A stretch of 20,000 nt of DNA, from contig JAXLNO010000053.1 of the NCBI GenBank assembly GCA_038087875.1, positions 49,467 through 69,466 on the forward strand. Direction: 5' to 3'. This DNA comes from Malacoraja senta (taxonomy: Eukaryota). The notes beneath the pieces are model-generated. The model was given only the letters and a program-made list of their open reading frames with translations, was not told where the DNA came from and did not search any database. Of the stretch, positions 11,746-20,000 are shown one piece after another; positions within the stretch are counted from its first letter, which is position 1, and every line of letters begins with the position of its first letter. The translations under genes were made by a program, and so were the position numbers.

Positions 11746-12310
11746 CTGTTCACTCTCACCCTCCCCGTCCTACACATGTACGGCGGCGAGCAGCAGCAAC
11801 TCCTCGATCCAGCCGAATCTGTTGCAAAGTTTCTTCCAGGACGACGATCCGCCGCGACGGCCGGGTAGAAACGGCGGCGTCGGCCGCCTCCGCCCCGGCT
11901 CTTGCATGATACTTAGTGTACAGATATATATTTATATTTTATCAAACACCCTCTCCCCCCTCCCCCCCCTCCTCGATTAACTAAAAAAATGAACAAAAGA
12001 CCCGAGCAGATTTTTTTCTAAAACACCCTCCCGGGAACGGCATTAATCTTGAAGAAGAGGGTTGTTGTTTTTTTGATGGGGGGGGGGGTGGGTGGGGGTT
12101 GAGAGCTTTTTTTCCCCTTTGCCTGGAGCTGAGGAGAAATGTCGACGCCTCTGACTCCCGTTGCCGTTGCCGCCCGCCCGCCCGCTCGCGACTAACCGCC
12201 TCCAACGATTTAACTCGAAGCCCCTGCACCGCGAGCCGACATCAAAGCGCGCCGCCGCCGCCGCCAGCAGCACCAGGTCCTGGCAGCTCACCGCACACCT
12301 CACTCACTAC
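11746..12310 (-). other. axin1: Probable non-coding exon 1 of axin1 (5' boundary uncertain)
   Basis: GC/CpG-rich with a (GGC)n tract. Candidate minus-strand donors CAG|GTAAAT (exon end 11746) and AGG|GTGAGA (exon end 11760). The TSS cannot be fixed from sequence. Confidence 0.55.
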
Positions 12311-12354
12311 TTCCCTTTCCCTCCTCTCTCTGCTTCCCCCCATGCTCCAGGGGA

Positions 12355-12361
<7 letters not shown>

Positions 12362-12385
<24 letters not shown>

Positions 12386-12386
12386 T
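12362..12386. repeat. (AT)n microsatellite after an A run, inside the promoter
   Basis: Directly visible. Confidence 0.9.
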
Positions 12387-12605
12387 CACACAGGCGCCTA
12401 TATTCCAGCAGCAGCCGAAAAAGGGGTGAAGCGGAAGAGAAGTTTCCCTCCTCTATCCACTCTCCCTCCTCCCCGAATAAAATTCCATCTGTTCATCAGG
12501 TCGGACCTCATCAAAGCATTCTCTCACTGAAAGCGCTCGGCGACCCATTACCTCATCGACGCCCTGCGGTTCCCAGGTTGCTGATTGGCCGGTCGGGGTG
12601 GAGGG

Positions 12606-12624
12606 GCATGCTGGGAGATGTAGT
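12606..12624 (-). promoter_or_regulatory. ZNF143/Staf (THAP11-HCF1) binding motif
   Basis: Minus strand ACTACATCTCCCAGCATGC fits the ACTACAnnTCCCAnnATGC consensus. Confidence 0.8.
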
Positions 12625-13514
12625 TCCCGATGAATGTTGTTCACGACGTAGGGAGGGGGCGGAGGAACGGGCGGGGGGAGGGCGAGCGAAAGGTTCCAGC
12701 GAGCATTGCGAGATGGGCGCAAGCGCATTGAAACGGCGGCGTCTGGAGGAGAGTTGGCATAGTTGATCTTGGAGCCCAGGTAGTGATTATGTTGGATTTA
12801 GCCGGCTCACTCCCTCCCCCCCCCCCTTCCCCCAAGAGCATACATACCCTCCGCCCAGGTTGAACGTTTGACTCTAGGTAATTATAAACTACTAGAAAGA
12901 ATAATAGAGATAATATATATAATGTGATAATATGAGAACGGCCCAGGCCCATCCACCGGCGCACATTCCTTTCCAACAATATAAAGGCAATATTTCTCCT
13001 CCCCGTTTTGGCAGGCTTAGGTTAATTATTATCACGTGTACCGAGGTGCAGAGAAAAGTTTTGTTTTGCGTGCTAGCCAATGAAATCAGATAATACCATT
13101 CAGCGATACAATCATGCCAAACACAAGTAGGGCGAAATAAAAGAAAAGATAGAGTGCAAAATATAGTTCTCAGCAACAAAGTCCAATGTCAGGCAATGCG
13201 GATAGAGGTGAATCGGACACCACCCTAGCTTATGCTACCCTTAAAATTCTTTCAGCTCCGCAGTCATTTTCCCCAATCTCCTGGAGATCTGTCCTCAACT
13301 CTTGACTTTGATTGCTCTACACAGCATGCTTACACCTCCTGTCCAAGGTCCACAAGCAGACCCGTTGTTTCCACTCCCGCTCCACTGAACTTATTTCCTC
13401 TTGTCTTCTTTTCTTCAGTGCTGTCCCACTTATATCTGTAAACATCTGATACCTTCTTCCAATTCCTTGGTCCCAAATGGCCTATCCAAGGAACTTTAAA
13501 TATTGGAATTGTGA

Positions 13515-13617
13515 GTGAAACGCAAAGTACTGGAGTAACTCAGTGTTGGTGTAATCAACTCAGCAGTAATCTCTGGAGGGAATGGGCACACTATTTTGAG
13601 TCAGAACCCATCTTCTG
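13515..13617 (-). mobile_element. Highly degenerate Penelope-like terminal repeat
   Basis: ctggagtaactcag...tctctggagggaatgg...gagtcagaacccatcttctg resembles 5930-6017. Confidence 0.5.
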
Positions 13618-13629
13618 GTCTACCTTAAT

Positions 13630-14185
13630 CATGGACATCCAGTTCCTATAGTCCTCCTTCTCACACCGTCCGCCTCTTCTGTGTACAGAAACCTCATCAG
13701 TTCTCCACCAATGCAATTATTTGCCTGATCATGCTTTGAATAACTTCTTCAACTCCTCCCACTTTCACCAATCAAAGGTGTCTCTATGGAAACTTGCGTA
13801 GGCCCATATAACCATTCCTCTTTGTGGATTACATGGAATGGCTTTTGTTTTGGTTCTTGAGCACCCTATCTCAACTAATTTTTCAGTATATCCTGTTCTC
13901 CTGCAGAATGCAAAATTTCATTATTTTGCTACAAATTTCCACCCAGCTCTGACCTTCTCATGGTCGTTCTCTGCCTTTTCCTTCTCTTTCCGAATCTCTA
14001 TCTCCATCGTGGGGAATAAGCTAACAACTAAGATCCACTACAAACCTGCAGACTCTCACAGCTATCTCAAGAAGTGTCCTGACCTAAAATGGTGTCTGTC
14101 ATTTCTCTCCATAAATGCTGCCTGATCAGCTGAGTTCCTTCAGCTCTTTGTATTTTATGAATGATTCCAGCATCTGCAGTGACTT
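13630..14185 (+). mobile_element. Penelope-like retroelement remnant (RT fragments plus terminal repeat)
   Basis: Frameshifted RT motifs: QIKGVSMETCVGP (cf. QxxGxAMGxxxxP) and FATNFHPALTFSW...ISIVGNKLTTKIHYKPADSHSYL; terminal repeat at 14070-14185. Confidence 0.75.
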
Positions 14186-14261
14186 GTATCCTGCAACTAT
14201 GTTATCTACTGTTTGTGCTACCCTGATTCCTGCATGGATTCTACTCTGAATCACCCGGGAT

Positions 14262-14326
14262 AATTGGGTTAACATATGATGAGCATTTGACGGCACAGGG
14301 CCTTCACTCACTGGAGGTCAGAAGGA
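14262..14326 (+). mobile_element. CR1-like LINE 3' fragment, left piece (continues at 15166)
   Basis: acatatgatgagcatttgacggcacagggccttcactcactggaggtcagaagga encodes a TYDEHL..GLHSLEVRR-like ORF2 C-terminus. Confidence 0.65.
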
Positions 14327-14420
14327 TAGAAACATAGAAAATAGGTGCAGGAGTAGGCCATTCAGCCCTTCGAGCCTGCACTGCCATTCAATATGATCAT
14401 GGCTGATCATCCAACTCAGT

Positions 14421-14474
14421 GGGGTGGGAGATTGCAACCTTCACGTGGTCCGCCCTGTTTCGACAAATGCAATC
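14421..14474 (+). ncRNA. Minimal HDV-like (CPEB3-like) ribozyme
   Basis: P1 GGGGUGG/CCGCCCU (G1-U wobble), P2 GAUUGCA/UGCAAUC, P3 ACC/GGU, L3 UUCACGU, J1/4 GU, vestigial P4 UUCGA, J4/2 CAAA with putative catalytic C at 14464. Confidence 0.85.
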
Positions 14475-14561
14475 AACCCGGCGTGCAAAATCAAATAAGA
14501 TCAAATAGAACAAGTTGTCCGACAACTTTAGGCTGTGCACGCCATATGCAAGAAGAAGAAG
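14421..14561 (+). mobile_element. 141-bp ribozyme-headed non-autonomous retroposon (copy B)
   Basis: Perfect 12-bp TSD ATCCAACTCAGT (14409-14420 and 14562-14573); (AAG)n tail; interrupts a CR1 3' end; near-identical copy at 2151-2290. Confidence 0.9.
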
Positions 14562-15165
14562 ATCCAACTCAGTATCCTGTACCTGCCTTCTCTCCATACC
14601 CCCTGATCCCTTTAGCCACATGGGCCACATCTAACTCCCTCTTAAATATAGCCAATGAACTGGCCTCAACTACTTTCTGTGGCAGAGAATTCCACAGATT
14701 CATCACTCTCTGTGTGAAAAAAACTTTTCTCATCTCGGTCCTAAAATACTTCCCCCTTATCCTTAAACTGTGACCCCTTCTTCTGGACTTCCCCAACATC
14801 GGGAACAATCTTCTTGCATCTAGCCTGTCCAACCCCTTAAGAATTTTGTACGTTTCTATAAGATCCCCCCTCAATCTTCTAAATTCCAGCGAGTACAAGC
14901 CGAGTCTATCCAGTCTTTCTTCATATGAAAGTCCTGCCATCCCAGGAATCAGTCTGGTGAACCTTCTCTGTACTCCCTCTATGGCAAGAATGTCTTTCCT
15001 CAGATTAGGAGACTCCCACTAGCGTTTTCTGCCCCTTAGTGTTTCGCAGCTCTACCCATATCGATTCCACATCCTGCAAGCTAATGTCCTTCCTTTTTAT
15101 TGCGTTAATCTCATCTCTGACCAGCAACGCTACCCCACCTCCTTTTCCTTTCTGTCTATCCCTCC

Positions 15166-15515
15166 TGAGGTGGGACCTCATTGAAACTTACAGAATAGTA
15201 AAAGGCCTGGATAGAGTGGATGCGGAGAGGATGTTTCCACTAGTGGGTGAGTCTAGGAATGAAAGGACGCACCTTTAGAGAGATGAGGAGGAATTTCTTT
15301 AGTCTGAGGTTTGTGAATCTGGAATTCATTACCACAGACAGTTGTGGAGGCCAAATCCTTGGGTATTTTTAGGATGGAGATTGACAGATTCTTGATTAAT
15401 ATGGGTGTCAAGGGTTATCAGAAGGCCAGATAATGGGGTTGAGAGGGAAAGGTAGATCAGCCATGATTGAATGACGGAGTAGACTCGACAGGCTGAATGG
15501 CCTACTTCTGCTCCT
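15166..15515 (+). mobile_element. CR1-like LINE 3' end, right piece
   Basis: DLIETYRIVKGLDRVDAERMFPLVGES, ending in the gaatggcctacttctgctcct tail. Confidence 0.85.
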
Positions 15516-15529
15516 GTGACAAACTTATG

Positions 15530-16080
15530 AGCCTCTGTTTCCATCACATTTGCTCTGATGAGATTTTCCACACAACTACATTCTGAGTTATCTTCCTTCT
15601 GAATCATGGTTTTCCCTCCACCATAGTTAACAGTGCCCTTGTCTGCATCTTATTTATTTCCCATATATCAGCTATCGCCCCTTCTCTCATGGACAGGGCA
15701 AGGATAGAGCTCCCCTCTTCGCCACGAGTGTGCATTCAATTGATTCTTTTTTGCAATTTCATAGGATTCCATTGCCAATAACCTCACCCCTTTCAGCATT
15801 TCCAAGCGAGCATTTTGCTTGCTATCCATTCTCTTCCATCTCCACCAACCACTCCCACACCTACCTATGAGGAGGTCCAAGTTTGATGAACATCACCTCT
15901 CTGGTTATGTCAAGTCCTACCAGATATAATAATGAATTGTACAAATTCAGGTAAATTGTTGTCTCTGTCTGTATTAGAATAGGCCAGGTCTTCTATCTGA
16001 CAGGGCAATAAACAGTTTGAAAAAGAGTGCCGACCCAAAATGTCACCTAACAGTGTTCTCCAGAGATGCTGCCTGAACCA
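15530..16080 (+). mobile_element. Penelope-like remnant (post-RT region and terminal repeat)
   Basis: Degenerate HICSDE..FH..T..NHGFPSTIVNSAL-like coding; terminal repeat ctccagagatgctgcctga at 16017-16080. Confidence 0.6.
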
Positions 16081-16094
16081 GCTATTGAATAAGA

Positions 16095-16260
16095 TTTAAA
16101 GATGTAGAAGGCATTTGGACAGGTACATGATTAGGAAAGGTTTAGAGGGATATGGACCTAATGCAAGCAGGTTGGACTAGTGCAAGCTAGTGTAGATGGG
16201 GCATCCTAGTGAGCATGAGCAAGTTGGGCCAAAGGGTCTGTTTCCATGCTATAGGACTCT
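16095..16260 (+). mobile_element. CR1-group LINE 3' end
   Basis: ttggacaggtacatg...gagggatatgg...gttgggccaaagggtctgtttccatgct. Confidence 0.7.
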
Positions 16261-16329
16261 AAGATCAAATCGGATCTAATTGTAACTTCAGTTCTTCATT
16301 ATGGCCTTCCCCTAGTTACCCTTTACCCC

Positions 16330-16745
16330 CTCCCCTAGCAAGTATCTATTTAGCTCTCCTTTAAAAGTTTTCCATGGTCTCATTTCCACAGCCATGTAAG
16401 GAAGAATATTGGGAAATGCTTGCAACCCTGTGGAGAAAATTATTTTTCCTCTGCCTTGAATGGGTGACTCCACAATTTTAAACATGTTCTACATTGTCCT
16501 CCAGCAAGAAACCTCCACATCCACCCTGTGGTGAGCCATCAGGGATTTTAAATGTTTCAATCAAGTCACCCCTCATTTTACCAAACTACAACAGATATAA
16601 GCTTAGGCTATTCATCCTTTCCACCAATTTAAGGCATTACTCTATTAAACCTTCTCTCAATTTGCTAGTACACTCACGTTCTTAAATAAGGAGAGCAGCA
16701 CTAAACTCAGTACTCCATATGTGTCCCAACATTGTCCATGTAAAA
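16330..16745 (-). mobile_element. Old degenerate CR1-like fragment
   Basis: Patchy similarity to 14640-15010 (atcaagtcacccctcattttaccaaact; cttaaataaggagagc). Confidence 0.45.
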
Positions 16746-16979
16746 GAGTTGCATTTGTATTAGCCTTTTAGGGAGAGTGGGTTAGAGGAGGAAGAGTTCC
16801 AAATTTCTCTTAAAATATTTGGGGGTAGAAAGTGAACTGTTCACTCGGAACGAGAGAGAGAATATTAGTTGATGATGTCTCCAAACTATTATAGAAGAGG
16901 GGTGACAATGGGGTGGGGAGGGGACCGAGTAGACAAAAGGTTCACAATTTCAGCCTCTTTGCTGCGATGGAGAAAGGGA

Positions 16980-17258
16980 GTTCATAAGTCATAGGAGCAA
17001 CATTAGGCCATTCGGCCCATCGAGTCTACTCCGCCATTTGATCATGGCAGATCTATCACTCTCAACCCCATTCTCCTGCCTTCTCCCCGCAACCCTTGAT
17101 ACTCTTACCAATCAAGTATCTCAATTTCAGCAAAAATACACAATGTCTCGGCCTCCACCACCATCTGTGGCAATGAATTCCACAGATTCACCACACTCTG
17201 ACCAAAGAAATTCCTCCTCATCTTTCTAAAGGTACGTCCTTTTAGTTCTGTGACCCTT
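16980..17258 (-). mobile_element. CR1-like LINE 3' end
   Basis: KGRTFRKMRRNFFGQSVVNLWNSLPQMVVEAETL; inverted relative of 15260-15515. Confidence 0.85.
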
Positions 17259-17666
17259 TCAAGATGGAGAAACAGCCCTATTTTGGAACAGTCAGGTAAC
17301 CTGTATACAGCAAATTCCTGCAAGCAACAGTGTGATATAAACAAGTTTTTTGTGAGATTTGTTATGGAACATATATTGGCTAGGACTGGAGGGACAGAAC
17401 TGAAATTCTTCAATATAATGTCATGAGTTATTTTACTTGTATCTGAAAGAATGGATGGGGCCTAATTTTAACATTTCAGTTGAAAAGCAGTGAATTCTCC
17501 ATCAGGAGGACTGTAGGACTTTAATCCTTCTGACACAGGCAAGGCACTAACATTGGCCTCATTGAATTTGGTATTGATTTATTATTGTCACATGTAATGA
17601 GATACAGTGTAAAACTTTATTTATATACTATCCAAGCATATGATACCATATATTAGTACAGCAGGT

Positions 17667-17971
17667 AGACTTTAGACTTTTAGACTTTAGAGATAAAGCG
17701 TGGAAACAGGTCCTTTGCCCCATGGAGACCGTGCCAACCTGTACACTAGCACTATCCGACGCACTAGGGACAACTTACAATTTACCAAAGTCAATTAACC
17801 TACAAATCTGTACGTCTTTGGAGTGTGGGAGGAAGTGGAAGTACCCGGAGAAAACCCATGCAGGTCACAGGGAGAACATATAAACTCCGCACATACAGCC
17901 CCTGAAGTCAGGATTGAACCCGGGTCTCTGGCACTGTAAGGTAGTAGCTCTACCAGTGCACCACTGTGCCG
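17667..17971 (-). mobile_element. tRNA-derived V-SINE (HE1-like)
   Basis: tRNA-like head with A box (TGGTGCACTGG) and B box (GGTTCAATCC, 17920-17911), central ttcctcccacactccaaagacgt domain, LINE-type tail and (TCTAAAG)n repeats. Confidence 0.85.
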
Positions 17972-17999
17972 TTCCCTCGCCCAACTCTTCTGCAATAGT

Positions 18000-18350
18000 G
18001 TTATATCTACAGAGAAAGTGCAGGAAAAAAGTGCAAGCGATGCAATAAGATTCATTGGATGATCAAGAATACATGCTTAGCATATGAGAGGTCTGTTGAA
18101 GAGTCTAATAACTGCCGGGAAGAAGCTGTTCTCGAATCTGGTGGTACATGCTTTCAAGCTTTTGTAACTTTTGCCTGACAGAAGAGGGGAGAAGAGAGAA
18201 CGACCGGGGTGTGAGTGATAATTTTGGCTGGTTTTCCTTGGCAGTATGAGAAATCAATGGGAGGGGAGGTTCATTTGTGTGATGGACTGGGCTGCGTCCA
18301 TGACTCTCTGCGGTTTCTTGCAGTTTTGGGCAGAGCAGTTGCCATACCGA
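18000..18350 (-). mobile_element. Rex1/Babar-like LINE 3' end
   Basis: Minus strand frameshifted ..AQSITQ..LP..HPGRSLFSPL.SG....LKACTTRFENSFFPAVIRL-like coding. Confidence 0.65.
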
Positions 18351-19171
18351 CACTTATATATAGTGATGCTTTATAATCCATTTAAGTTTTGAAAATGTGA
18401 ACTAATAGTTTTGGAAGCTCTTTGAAAACACGAATTCTTCTGTCTAATTAATGCCATTTCTACAATATATTAAATATTTCACAATCACTTGACATAATCT
18501 AACCATTTGCCATCACTGCCAGACTAATTAATTGGTGAATGCTTTATGTGAACATTATGGAAAAGATAAATCCTAAAAAATATTTATACCTAAATTAAAG
18601 AGCTAGAAGAACATGGAGGTGCTCAGGTGAATAAAATATATATTTTTGGGACATAAATTAAATCCATGGAATGAATTTACAGGTAGAGGCAGCAAACATC
18701 TGTTTAATTTTTTAAAAAAAGAACAAATAAAATGTTTAGGATCTCTGCTGCTTGATGAAAACAAACATGGACTTTCTTATCTGTTAGAAAATGTGCAATC
18801 ATCTGAAGTCCGAGTTTCATTATCAGTTTGTGCTTGACTACTGTATCCATTCAGCTACAGAGGTGTTAAAGGTGGCCTGATTTCTCCCAGGAGGGCAAAG
18901 CCATTGAGTTTTCCTGTTTTGATCTCTGCCTGGTGAAGGGAGGGCTTCTCTAGCTCTAGGCATTGCTGGAGATTTTATCTTAAAATGTCCAACTGTTTGG
19001 ACTTCTAACACCTCACCATGTGATATCTGATGACATAACTTTTGCAAACTATATTGCTTCTCCCTCCTCAAACCCTTCCAGTTTGGCTTTGTTATGTAAA
19101 GCTATTCACTATACTGGAAGTTATAATCAAAGTTGTACTTGGTAAGCAGCTGTGACCGAACTGAGGAAAAC

Positions 19172-19607
19172 CACACACTGGTACAGCTGGTAGAGCAGCT
19201 GTCTCACGGTGCCAGAGAACTGAGTAAATCCCTAACCTTGGGTGCTGTCTGTATGGAGTTTGCACATTGCCGTTGTGAGCGAGTGGGCTTCTTCCAGGAG
19301 CTTTGGTTTCCTCCCACATCCAAAAAAACATGCAAGAAACTTTAACATTTAAAATAAAATGAGACAAGTACATTGTTACGAAAGCTTTAACAGGATATGG
19401 AACGATATGGAATGAAGGATATGGCAGGTGAGACTAGTGTAGATGGGGCACCTTGGTCGTAGGTGTAGGTTAATGGTCTCGGAAAATTGCTCCACGTGTG
19501 TAACGTAGAACTACCGTGAACGAGTGACCGATGAATGGTGTGGACTTGTTGGGCCGATTAGGCCTGTTTCCATGATATATCTTTCCACCAATCAATCAAT
19601 CAATCAA
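19172..19607 (+). mobile_element. V-SINE (HE1-like) copy interrupted by a 128-bp insertion, with (TCAA)n tail
   Basis: Head and central domain homologous to 17790-17971; resumes at ~19460 (tgtaggttaat) and ends ggcctgtttccatg...(atca)n. Confidence 0.8.
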
Positions 19608-19639
19608 TACAACTGTGCAGTGTTTTGAGGATCTCTTGC

Positions 19640-19930
19640 ACCATAGGTTTAAGGTGAGAGGGGAAAGATTTAATAGGAATCTGAGAGGGCAACTTTTTCA
19701 CACAGAGGGTGCTGGGTATATAGAATGAGCTGCCAAAGGAGGTAGTTGAGCAAGAAACTTTAACAACATTTAAAATAAATTTAGACAAGTACATTGTTAC
19801 AAAAGCTTTAAAAGGATATGGAACGATATGGAATGAAAGATTTGGTGGGTGAGACTAGTGTAGATGGGGCACCTTGGTCGGCATGGCCAAGCTGGGCCAA
19901 AGTGCCTGCTGTCTCTGTGCTGTATGACCA
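19640..19930 (+). mobile_element. CR1-group LINE 3' end
   Basis: HRFKVRGERFNRNL.GNFFTQRVLGI-like coding and tail gggccaaagtgcctgctgtctctgtgctgtatgac. Confidence 0.8.
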
Positions 19931-20000
19931 TAACCATTGCTCTACCACTTTGACAGACTCTATGTCACTCCAGGTTGAGCCATGGAGGAGGGGCAAGGGT

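Larger units (their letters stand above)
11780..12970. promoter_or_regulatory. CpG island / axin1 promoter
   Basis: Sharp rise in GC and CpG in an AT-rich background. Contains a CCAAT box (CTGATTGGCC 12581-12590), a GC box (GGGGCGGAGG 12656-12665) and a ZNF143 motif. Confidence 0.8.
14327..15168 (-). mobile_element. Young CR1-like LINE, internally deleted (endonuclease piece joined to the ORF2 3' end)
   Basis: ORF 14569-14940 (LSYEERLDRLGLYSLEFRRLRGDLIETYKI...WNSLP) is a CR1 ORF2 C-terminus. 15012-15168 reads RRDRQKGKGGGVALLVRDEINAIKRKDISLQDVESIWVELRNTKGQKTLVGV (APE endonuclease). Short tandem tail at 14327-14345. Confidence 0.88.

Noticed and set aside
11645..13179. Cluster of 80-200 aa ORFs in the CpG island
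   Set aside because: Low-complexity, span microsatellites, resemble no protein family; expected in GC-rich DNA.
17905..17971. tRNA-like A/B boxes as a tRNA gene
   Set aside because: They are the head of a SINE with body and tail; no full cloverleaf.

Overview
Vertebrate genomic DNA, most likely a cartilaginous fish (skate/ray-like, inferred from the HE1/V-SINE, CR1, Rex1 and Penelope-like repeats). It holds the 5' end of axin1 on the minus strand: a CpG-island promoter and probable non-coding exon 1 (~11.75-12.7 kb), a ~6.5 kb intron 1, the first coding exon (5268-4287; CDS 5164-4287, tankyrase-binding motifs plus RGS domain) and the start of intron 2. Upstream (13.5-20 kb) is dense with nested retroelements. 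The main finding is a ~140-bp retroposon present twice (14421-14561 +, 2151-2290 -). Its first 54 nt fold by eye into a minimal HDV/CPEB3-like self-cleaving ribozyme. Both copies start at the predicted cleavage G and end in a stem-loop plus (AAG)n tail. One copy has a perfect 12-bp TSD; the other lies in sense orientation in axin1 intron 2. All structures and family assignments were made by eye and need computational or experimental confirmation.
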